A stretch of 64,000 nt of DNA from Raillietiella orientalis (lineage: Eukaryota). The stretch spans positions 186,001-250,000 of the forward strand of contig JAYWIR010000057.1 in NCBI GenBank assembly GCA_036172245.1. Reading direction: 5' to 3'. Positions 25,609 to 36,108 of the stretch are shown piece by piece; within the stretch, counting starts at the first letter, position 1, and every line of letters starts with the position of its first letter. Position numbers and translations under genes: made by a program. Below the pieces are notes generated by a model. The model saw only the letters and a list, made by a program, of their open reading frames with translations, was not told the DNA's origin and ran no database searches.

Positions 25609-27399
25609 CCCGACTTCCGACCGGGAGCCGCCTCGTGTCCCGCAGATGAGGCTGGCGGCGGAAAGGGTGGCGGCCGAAGGCGCTCGCGCGCGCGTTGCTT
25701 CTCGTCGGCGCCGACAGGGGTGCAGCGGCAGTAACCTGGCCATCCTCTCCGAGGAGCTGCACCGTCGGAGAGCGGCGCTCAGGCGCCCTCCGGGAAAGAA
25801 GGTCCTGGCGAGTGGCGGAGACCCCGGGCTTCCCTCCACCTGAGGGCCTTCGCGGCCACGGTCGATCATCGTCGTCGCGGCACAGGTCACCGCCCGCGCT
25901 CAGGCGCAGGGGTCGAGCTGGGGAGTAACTGAAGCCGCTCGCGGCGGCGGCGGGTCCAGACAGCCTGCCGCCAACGGAGGCTCGGATTTCTCCGTCGCGG
26001 GGGCAACAGAAGGCGCCGACAGGAAATTGGCCAGGCGTTAGCTCCCCCACCCCTCTGACCCCTCCGCGAGCCGACCCGCCGGGAAAGCGCGCGTTCCCTC
26101 CGGCGCGCCGACTGCTGCTCGCGTAGCGACCGCCATCGTCGCCCTTGGTACCCCGGGTCGCGCCTGACCTCCGCCGCGGCGCGGCTCGGGGGAAACTTGA
26201 GCACCGCTCTCACTCCTCCCCTGTTCAGGGTCTCCTAGGCAACGGCGCCGAGAAGTAGAGAAGGACAGCGGTGTAGCCGTATCCCCCGCGAGTCTGCCCT
26301 ACGGGGACACCGGCGCGCAGATGGGTCTCCTGCGCGTGGGAATGGAGGGGGCAATAAATAAACGGGAACGGAGGGGTCCCTTCAGGGGTTGCAGGAGCAC
26401 ACCGGGCCGGCGACCCGCCCTCTCGTTAGCCCGCCGAGCGAGTGGTGCCACGCCCTCCGCGCCCCCATCAAGTTGTTGCCCTGGCGACGGCGGCGGCAGC
26501 TCCCTGGAAACGGTGAGCGCGCGTTCCGCTCCGCCGTCAGGCTGATGCGCTGCGCACGCAACCCGACTCGGGGAGGTAAGGGAGGCTCGTCCCAGGGGGT
26601 GCATTCGGATCCGGAGAGAGCCCAGGGCGGCCTCCCGTTCGGCGGGGCGCCCTCCACATCCTCCTCTTCCTTCCCGGCCCTTCCGTCCAACCGTCCCGCG
26701 CCCCCTTCGACTGCGGGACCGTCGGAAGAGATCCCGAGTTCCATCCACGCTTGCGCTGAAAAAAGGAGAGCCTTGGAGACCTCGACGCAAAGGGACCACC
26801 TTCCTCGTCCTACCGCCCGAGGGGGAAGAAGGGCGCGAACGCAGCAGCTACCCGGATGCTCCCCGGCGCGGTCCCTGAACGTAGTCCGAAGGGGAAGGTC
26901 AGGGTGGCTGATGTCCCTTTGCCGTCTCCGTCTCCGTGCGGTGGCGAACGGCGAACCCCGTATCCCCGGGGGAACCCTTGCAACGAGGAAGGCAAACGTG
27001 TGGCCACGAGGAAAGTCCGAGGGCGAACGGGAAGCAAGCACGAGAGAGAATCGCTCACGGGCGAGGGATAAGAAGGAGGCGAGGCGTGGCGACTCCGAGT
27101 GGACCCCGCACTTCACAGGGGCCGCAGACCTTTTCCTCTACCCCGGATGACCGCAAAGGTAGCCACCCCGCCCGCAGTCTCAGCGGGAGGCGTCGAGGAT
27201 CGGCGGCCAAAGCGGCAGACTTCGGAAGGATCATCTTGGGAGAGAATCTCCTTCCGCGTGGGTAGCGCTGCCGCGTAAAAGGCGTGGACTCCTTCCCATC
27301 CGAGACCTCGGGAGATCCCGGAAGATCCAGAAATCTTGGCCGTCGGCGGGATGCTGGAGGAAGCGCCAGGGAGGAGCAATGGAGGCTCCTTGAGTAGTG

Positions 27400-28500
27400 C
27401 TCTCCGCTCCGCTCGCCAGGTCACCAGCCGGTCACCATAACCACCAGCGTGTCGCGCAGTGCTGCATCTCTCCGCCGATCTTCTGCACTCTGCGCTTCAC
27501 GGAACGTGGACAGATTGCCATCCTGCTGCGCCGAATTACACCGGTGGATGGATGTGGGACGCTGAGGTGTGCCCACCGAAGGTCTTCAAAGTGGAGGCAG
27601 GGGAGGGGGAAGGAACGTGAAGACGGAGAGGACCGATCAGGAGGTCAACGGAGGCCGCTTCGGTGCTGCCTGCTTCCCGAGCGCTAGAGAGAAAGACAAG
27701 GCAGAGGAGGGAGGGAAAGCGAGTGACGAGTGACCAAAATGGTCCATTGACAAGGATCGAGCCTTCGTCTGGAACCACCGAGAAGGCTGCCGAAGTCCAG
27801 CAAATCCTACAGAAAGTAAAGGCAGAAGGAGAGAGTTTTCCACTCGCGAATGGAGCGTAACTCCCCCCAGTTCCCTGGCCAGAGCCAAACGGACATGTCC
27901 GAGACGTTGGACTCACGGGAACCCTCCACTGACTACATTGGCTTCCTGGGTCGCATCTCATCTCGCATCTGCAGAGAGAAACGCGCGAAAGAAGAGACGA
28001 GAGTGACGCCATCGTTTCACAGGACCAAGAAAGCGAGCAGAGGTGCCTTCTGCCGAGGCGGATGTCCGCGAGTGGTCATGAGTGGCCCCACGATAGGCGA
28101 TGCGAAGACCAAATAGAGGGAGGGAAGCAAGCGCGGATAAATGCACATGGCAAAAGGTTCCTGGAGTTTCCTCGTGTGCAGCTCACGACAGGCTTCAAAT
28201 CACGCACGTCACTCGAGGCCATGATCTTCGATGCTGAGTTGGGCCCGAGCTGCAAAGTGCAAGGACCCCCCGCGTGCACCTAGAGCAAGCGGATCCCCAT
28301 GGAAGACGCAGCAGCTCTGACTCGAAGACCGGAGTCCACTGGAAGAGCGGCAGAAACTGGAACGCCCACGAGGGCGGAATTCCGACCGACCTCGTACCTG
28401 CGAAGGTCACCCTTCCTCCCACGGAAGGCTCCCTGCGTTTACCTGCGTCTTGCCACGCTGCTTCTTTGCATCCCTCCTCCCGACGTCCCTCACAATCCAC
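27400..28500 (+). mobile_element. RTE-like LINE reverse transcriptase/3' fragment
   Basis: QRVAQCCISPPIFCTL (cf. GVRQGCxLSPxLF), EVQQILQKVKAEGESF and YIGFLGRIS (cf. FxYLGS) in collinear order. Confidence 0.55.
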
Positions 28501-28509
28501 TGCCTCGAA

Positions 28510-29050
28510 TCACGAAAGGTGAAATGCCATCCGCAGCTCGAGTCCCGCGCTCGAACGCGCCCGGCACTTCCCGACTCGGAACCGATCGGTGATGTCGGAG
28601 GGCTGGGCTCCTTGCACCCCGTCTCCTTCTTCACCGTCCAGGTGCAGCTCGAAGAAAGTGCCTTCGTTTCCTCCGGCTCGATGCGAGCGGACGAATCAGC
28701 GCCATGCACCGGGCTGCTGGAGCCGTCGCAGTGGCGAGCTTGCGTCGCGCCGCGGAGACCATTGCTGGACCGAAAGCACGTCTTCCCGAGACCCTTGGCG
28801 CTCCCGACTCAGTTCTTGAAATTTTCCAGCTCCCTTCAAAGGCGCAGATTCCTGATAGTCTGCGTTCGATGCTGCCCGACCAGCAACGGGCCTGGTTGGG
28901 TCCCGCGTCCGAATTTCAGCTGCAGCTCTCGTGCTGGTCTCAAGCGTCGAGAGCGCTGATGGCCTCCGAGGTCGCGCTCCCATGGTAGGTTCGCTGCTCT
29001 TGCACTCAGGCATTCCATGAACTCTGCTTCGTCCAGCTGCGTTGGCAAAG
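28510..29050 (-). mobile_element. RTE-like LINE C-terminal fragment, opposite orientation to its neighbour
   Basis: Degenerate FxYLGS...EIxxR...RLRWxGH-like pattern on the minus strand. Confidence 0.4.
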
Positions 29051-29308
29051 CGCGCGAAAAGCCTCTTAGAACCGTTCCCGTAATGCGGATTCTTGCGGTG
29101 CTGCTGAATTCGCAGCAGAAAGAGTCCTTCCGGGTTTTGGAGCTACCTAGTAATACGCGGAAGCGCGGTTGAAGGAAATTCCGGGAGATTCTTGGAACAG
29201 TGGGAAAATCTAAGAACAGTTCTTTAGAGACAGCTGAGGACAGAGACTAGTCTGCATCACGACTTCTGTGACCGATGCCATAGAGACGTCCGGCACAGGG
29301 ACACAAGA

Positions 29309-29375
29309 ACCTTGACTCCGCGTGTCACTCGAATGAAGAACACTTCTTTAGTCGAGTGACACGCGGAGTTAAGGT
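29309..29375. repeat. 67-nt near-perfect palindrome/hairpin
   Basis: accttgactccgcgtgtcactcgaatgaagaa-cac-ttctttagtcgagtgacacgcggagttaaggt: 32-bp stem with two G-T pairs and one mismatch, 3-nt loop. Confidence 0.92.
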
Positions 29376-30313
29376 GACTCTGGGACGCTTATTTAAAAAA
29401 CAAACCACTGGTCAGAGGGGAACGTTTCGCGTGCGTGAAGCAGGGGACGGCAATCTCGGAACGCAGCTGTGCTTGCCGCCGCAGGCGTGGTGCCAACATC
29501 AGCAGCCGTGGTCACGGCAGGCAGGTGCTTCCACACACCGCGAGCACACGTACAAGGGACACGGCCAACAAGTAGCCGGCCGAGTACGTTCTCAGCTTCC
29601 TTCACGTCTCATCTTGGGCTGCGCAGATTCACACACGTAGTTGCTCCATCTTACAACCGCGGTGAGAGTGGAAGCTGAAAAGTTCTGCCTCGATCCGACC
29701 CCGCGAAGGGGCAGGAAGAAAGCGAAGCGATGAAACCGCTACTCGAGCAAGGGAGATTCCCCTGTTTCTCCGGCTGCGAAGAGAACATCCCCACGAAAAA
29801 GGCGGACACGAGTGGGTTCAACGCAGTTCGTCCACGGAAACGGGAGGTGCCCTTCGTGATCAGATGATGCGTCGCATCTGCTCCCGCATGAGTTTGCTTG
29901 CTCTGCCTGAGGAAGATGGAACTGTCCTCTTGGCGACACCTGAAAGGAATGAAAGCTCCTTCACGGTACTGAGGTTTTCCGCGCTCTGCTGGAAAGGTGG
30001 CACATGAGGCGGATGAACTTTCTGCAGCCCTTCATTGGCACCGCAGCGGGAAACAACGAGACATCCGACCAGACTAGAAAGCACGGGCATCAGCTGGATT
30101 CTTATAATTCCCATTCACCCATTCCCATTATCATGGCAGTAATGCTCTCTTCTTGTTAGTGAACTGGTCAATTTCTCTTTAACGGAATATGTCCATGGAA
30201 TCCGAAACGAGATGTTTTAATCCGGCAAGCCTGACGGCTAAATGAATATCTGGGAAGAAGTTTGGGGAGGAGACTGCCACAATAGCGGGAAAGCAACTTC
30301 TTGCCCCCGCGCT

Positions 30314-30995
30314 GGCGGCCGTGTGGCTGTGGTCTCCGCGTGGCACAGCGTTGCGGGTTTGAATCCCATCCGGGGAAGGGTCGGCGCCGAGAAATGGGTG
30401 CGTCATGGTTTCGAGTCCCCCCCTGAGTCAGCTTTGGCACCGGAGGAAAGCTGGAAGCCCCCAGGTGCTTACTGACTGGCGTGTACTGGAAGTCAACTCT
30501 CTGAGGCCCTTCCAGGAATTAAAGAGTCCTCCGGGATTCCCCTCCAGTTGTGCAGATGGAGCCGTGCCATGGAACTGGTTGATACTCCCGTCGCGGTTAG
30601 CCTGTCCAGTCTTACATCAGGCGCTGCTCCCTTCGGGGAGCACCCTTCAGAGAAATTGGGAAGCGTCCCTTCGGGGTTCTCTTCAAAGGAGTAACAAGGA
30701 GAGTTTCCCTTGCGGGTTCCCTCCGGAGAAGAAACGAGAAGCGGCTCCCACAAACCGGGAAGTCCCTTCGGAGAGAATAAGGAAGAGGTTCCCTCCTAAG
30801 CGTAAGAGAAACGGACTTCTTCCTTCGGATCCCTTCCTGGATTCATAGGGTGGTCCCCTCCCGTAGTGATCCCCAACTTGACTAGTTACTTGACTAGCCT
30901 TCGGATGCCGTGGACAGCGTTAAAGAGCTTCGGTCCTCGTCCTAAGGAGGTGAACGGTTCCCCAGCACTCCTTGAGAGCCAAAAAAAGTAAAACA
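30314..30995 (+). mobile_element. tRNA-headed SINE copy (tail type A)
   Basis: A-box-like ggccgtgtgg; B-box-like ggtttgaatcc 30356-30366; shared body and tail A. Confidence 0.82.
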
Positions 30996-31149
30996 GCGAA
31001 AGCAGACCCCAGAAGTCATCCTTTGTGACTCAAAAGGCCATTCTTAGCTTGGAATCACTTGACCGTTTAAAAACTGTTGGGCATTTGACTCATGACGATC
31101 AGTCGCCTAGCGGAAACTCTACCTAAAGCAGAGTTTTGCTTGTTAAGCG

Positions 31150-31720
31150 TTCCTGGTCCTCTTTTTCTTGTGCTTGCACGTGTTTTTACCATCCTTGAAG
31201 CTTCCTTGGATGACTGTGGACTGAAAGCAGGAGCAAGAGCTGCCAGATGGCACGCCTAATGAAAGTACGACGAAAGCATCAGAGGTCAGAAATACTTGGA
31301 AGACTCACGATGGGTTCCATTCGATATTTCTGAAGGAAGCACCTGCAGCGCATCTGCAGATCCATGTCACGAGGAAAATGTGGGAACGAAGGAGTCCAGA
31401 TTCAGGGTTGCCTGGTCGGATGAAGCTCGCAAAGCGCATCCGTTAGACCACCACACAATGAGTGCTCCTCTTGCCTGTTGGCGGCGGACGCCACTCATCA
31501 AGAGCTCGAACGAGAGAGAAATGGTGAGACTTAAAAGACGGCTCGCGTCGTCGAAGCTGACGACGACGCAATCTTCTGACCACCGCTCCAAACGTCAACT
31601 CGGTAGGAAACCATGCTGGGGTAGGAGCACAGAGGCGTAGGTCACGCCTACTGCGATCTTGCACCTCTCTCGGAGATCCTTGGGCGCAGGTCAGGGATCC
31701 AATACTTTCGAAGCCAATCA
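31150..31720 (+). mobile_element. RTE-like LINE 3' fragment
   Basis: Degenerate LExFxxxxLRxI...DxxxxExV-like C-terminal pattern. Confidence 0.3.
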
Positions 31721-32424
31721 CGCGTGAGACTTTGCGAGCAGCAACATCGGAGGACTGTTTATTCCCTTGTCCTCCATTTTCTCTCTACCGCATTGTTTGT
31801 ATTTGTTTCTAAAGACCCAGGGCGGTCTCGAGTGAATTTACGCAACTGCCGACCCAACATATCTTTCTTTATTTTTTCTACGCTGCGGGATTTCTGGAGA
31901 ATCCACGTGAGGGAGTTCGCTTCAGGGACATCACGATCGTTTTACGCTGCTTTCGTTGCCGAAAGATGCGCGAGAAACCCGAAAGCAAAATCGAAATTCG
32001 GGGATCCGTTCTGGAGGGCTATTTTCATTTATTTTTTTTTTGCTGCCGTCAATCCTGGGATCCCGAAGAGAGCGAGTCTAGCTCAGGATGACCCCTTGCT
32101 GTCAGCAGGAAGACTCGGAAAATTTTTCTTGCGACGCGTTCGCATGATCTCTTGGAAACTCGACCGGGCGAGCGCCTCGGGTGTGCTCTTCACCCGTCGC
32201 ATCGTGAAATGCATCGGAGCCACTGTGACGATTGATGGCCACCGTGGCTGCTCATCCTCCCCGCCCTACTCCGGTCGCTCCCTGTTCATTCCCACCTTCC
32301 TCGAGTGCGTCTCGCAGATCCGGGTTCCGAAACGCGCCGAGGATGTTAAATTCAGCGCCCGCCGGACTTCCAGAGAGTTTCTCAAACTTCGAGAAGGAGA
32401 TGAAAACCGAACGACGTGCGGTCC

Positions 32425-32468
32425 ACACACACACAGAGAGAGAGACAGACAGACAGACAGAGACAGAG
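32425..32468. repeat. Compound (CA)/(GA)/(GACA) microsatellite
   Basis: Direct observation. Confidence 0.85.
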
Positions 32469-33699
32469 GGAGTCTCCGAGTTGGAATGAAACGGACGTAT
32501 GCGCGCACACACTCGCCCATGCGCAGGGACTCGGAAATCCAAGCGTCGGTTTTACCACGCGGAGGAACCGCGCGGAAATTCGCGAGGATGAACTTCACGG
32601 ATGATTCGGGATTCTATTTGATCCTGTTCCTCCTCCCGCTGGAAGCTCTGGGTTCTCGCCGACACGCACTCGTTCCCCCTTTGCGTTGCGTAGGTGACGA
32701 AGCAAAGTCCGTGCCGTCCGCATGATTTAGAATAACAAACAGAAACAAAAAAAAACACACGCTGGTTGAGAAACATGCCCGTTTCCGTTATCTGAACCAA
32801 CATCAAAGAACAAATCAAGTAAATTGATAGTTGACCTATTTTTACCACGCTGTTTATTTGTATCTGGATTTCGTCACCTACGCGGCCTCTCCAAACGGGG
32901 CACTCGCTTTCGGTGCCTTCCTCTTAGCAGAGATGCGTGTTTTGAAATCGGAATCTTCCAGTGCTTCTGCAAATTGGTTTTGTTTTTCCTTCGCCTCTGA
33001 CAGCGAGATGAGAATCTCCCTGTCTTCACAGAAAGCAGGCGGCGATGAGCTTTCCCTCTCCGCGGGCTCGAAGATACCGACGAAAGCGCCGGGAGTCTAC
33101 GAAACGAAAAACTCTGCTCCGGTGCAGACCTGCGTCGGGATTAACGGCACACCACGGTCTGTTCCCTTTTCTTCCCCCGGCCGCGCTGTTTCCTTGCATC
33201 TCGCAGGTGATGATTTGCTTCGGGTGGTGACCGGCAGGATGGAAGACCTTGGAAAAGCAAGTTGCACCGATGGAGCTTCAGAAAGTGGGGAGGGCGAAGA
33301 GGGGAGGAGGGGGGAGAAAAGACTGGCGGAAGAAAAATCCACTTCCTTTTCCTTATTTTGTTGCATTTTTCTACCAAATCGATGAGGAAGCCCGTCACGC
33401 TTTAGAAAACCTTTGGAAGCGGCCCGTGTGCAAAATACGCAGCTAATCCACGAAGAATGGATGTTCCTCAGGCGTGTCTCCGTGCTCAAGCAGCGGCGTT
33501 CGAACACGGGAAGCCTGCCCGACAGGTGCACTCCCGAAACGTGACGAAAGAGCGAGGTTGGACCCAAAGCCGATGCGGCTCGAGGATCCGTGAATGCCAG
33601 GCGAGGGTCCATTGCCACGGAAATCCAACAGCAGTTGGAGCGAAACTCCACGGAAAAACACTGATCTAGAGAAAAAAGAGCGCGGAAAAGTCTTCTGAG

Positions 33700-35480
33700 G
33701 AAGGCTCGCGAAATGTCTCACAGCCTCTCATCTGGGATTTCGCTTTGTGGCATGAGCGTATCCAGACACATGATGGTGATCCCTGAAGGCTTTTGTCGAA
33801 ACCTTAGCGCTCTATAACAATCTTATGTGGGAACTGTGGTCTGGGAGACTAATAAGAATGCAGAACTCCATGGTGATAACAGCAGCACTAGCAGAAAAGG
33901 TGGTCGAGTCGGAATTGCCGGATAAGAAAGAGGTGAGATGCAGATGAAAGGGAAAAGTAATCGAAAAATACTTTAACTACAACTCTGTCGAATAAAGTTG
34001 AAAAAAGATGGGATGGGAACTTTAAGACTGACACAGCAAAAAAAAGGTGGATCTTGCTGGCTACCTTTCGAATCAGTGACCTTGAATTTGCTGCTGCATT
34101 CAATCGACATAGAACGTTAGCCATTGCTTGCTCTTTAAAAGCGAAAGTGCCTCCATTAAAATATGCCGACAGTTTCATATCCTCGATTAACACCCTGTAA
34201 TACCACAGAAGTGTAGGATGATACCAAAGACTGGTAGCACTGGTTTACTTTGCTCCTCGTTTCTTAGTTCGAGCATAATTTTCAGTGCTGCTGCCTTCTT
34301 CCTCATCCATTCTTCTGCTCTGCTAACCTTGCACCCTATTTCATGCTGTTGCTTTACGCACTCTTCTCTTTGAGGGCACACCGTTTTCTCTTGAAAATAG
34401 ACGAGAACGAGGAACGGCAATGTAATGGAAGAACCCAGGGCACTGGGAGACGCCGGGAAAGAGAGGAAGAATGGATTTATTTTCGATTCGCAACCTCCAG
34501 AAAACTCAAGATGTTCAGTGCCGAAATCTCCAGTAGATGGGAAAACCATTATTGAGCTGATTCAGCCTGTCTGTCTTGCACCCCACTTAATTAAGAACTG
34601 AGTCGGAACCGAAGAGATGGTATCGCTTCCCATCCCTCTCATCTTTGAGGAATCGGAACGTGGTTGAACCATGGTCGCAATTTTCGTCTCATTCAGTAGA
34701 TGGTCTTGGTTAGGAGTCATTCTGGTTGGCTCCCTCTCTTGGAATTCCCTCCATAGAAGAAGATTCTGCCGATGTCCATCTCCTGTATCTGCGGCTCATT
34801 ATTTATGTTGTTTTTCAGCCCATGGAGTTCCTGGAGTTCCTTCTCAGAATTAGTAGTCTCAACTGGAAGAATCCTTTTGATAGGGATGTGCAATTAGAAT
34901 GAAGCATATCTTAGCGTGCTGTTGGTCCTCCAGATGTTTTCCTGTGGAGCGATCCCGGTAGCAAACATGCTAGTAGCTTCTTCCTACAACTCCTACCAGC
35001 CGCGATCGTAGGTCCTCGGGGAGCTTTTGAAAAACAGTGGGCGGACAGCGCAAGCTACGATCACAGCAACATCAATCGGCCAGGAAGATGGTCCCGAGGA
35101 ATTGCAGAGAGGAGTTGATCAGCCTCATCATGAAGATCCATGGTGGATTCTCCAAAGTTCCGTGACCGTGTTTCATCTCGGTATCGAAACCGCATCCCCA
35201 TCCCATCACAACAGATAGCGGCAGATGCAGCAGCAGATCGAACAAGCAAGACGAAAAAGAGAACAGGAAGGTTGCTGCGGCAACGCTCTCCCATGCCCGT
35301 CGAGAAATGCCAAATCACAAATGCTGCCATCTCCATGAAACATGGAAACGGACGGATGTGCAAGAGACAGGAGCCGAATTCAGAGAAGCGTGATCAGCAG
35401 AATCTCTGCGGATTCAGCATCCATTCTTATGGATGCTCCGTCGCGCGAATCCTGCAACATTCGATGGAGCGTCATAGTAC
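33700..35480. mobile_element. Degenerate piggyBac-like transposase fragments (minus ~33700-34560; plus ~34600-35480)
   Basis: Minus strand: AVSVLKF...KVFFDYFS (cf. VVLxL...KVFFDNFFTS) and PVFG (cf. DExMVPYFG). Plus strand: WxD-like segment, RGVDQ (cf. GGVDxxDQ) and a Cys-rich tail. Confidence 0.45.
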
Positions 35481-35495
35481 CTCCATGGAGACGGG

Positions 35496-36108
35496 TTCTC
35501 ACAGAGCACCGAGGTCAGCACGTTCCTGCGATGTCAGGTCGATCGTCTTCTGCCACACAGACGCGGCGCTCGACCTCCGCGGCAGGGCCGGTAGAGCCCT
35601 GATGACAACACGAGGTGGGATGGCCCAGGGGATGCCCTGGGGTCGTCCGTCTCGAGGCAACCCCGGCCCGCCGAGAGGATCCGCACGGGTCGCACTCTCT
35701 TGTTGCACGTGTCGGTCGATCGGCAGACGGAGCTGTACCCCGGGTTTCCCCGGCAACGGAATAGGGACCCCGCGAGCTGACCCAAGTCGCTCCGATCGGA
35801 TTCGACCGGCGTGGGAAGCCCCACCGTCCGTCCGCCCACTTGGGTGGGAGCGACCCACGCGCGCCTACCCACTTCGGCTGGGCGGTCTGCCCGGAGAATT
35901 TGCGGTTCCTCCCGCAGGTGCACGGACTCTCCACTGCCTTCCCTGGGGGGTTCAAGCGCGAGGTGTGGCCACGTATAGCCCCGGGAGCAGTGAAGGGAGG
36001 TCACTTGCACGGCGGCCGCGCACGGGAGGGCGGCTGCGGGGTGACCCGACTCGTTTGCTTTCTCCACGCTCGGGGGCGTGACCGGGCTGGGAGCCACTCT
36101 GGGTTACT
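35496..36108 (+). repeat. Left arm of 613-bp inverted repeat (partner 38687-39299)
   Basis: Reverse complement of 38687-39299. The ORF track gives an identical 187-aa translation for 35534-36097(-) and 38698-39261(+). I saw only three mismatches, all near the ends. Confidence 0.97.

Noticed and set aside
24632..25843. Long ORFs in GC-rich DNA (403 aa here; also 774-1817, 2304-3401, 36516-37511, 46946-47983, 54432-55376)
   Set aside because: Arg/Gly/Pro/Ser-rich, overlapping in several frames, no recognisable domain; expected from stop-codon scarcity at high GC.
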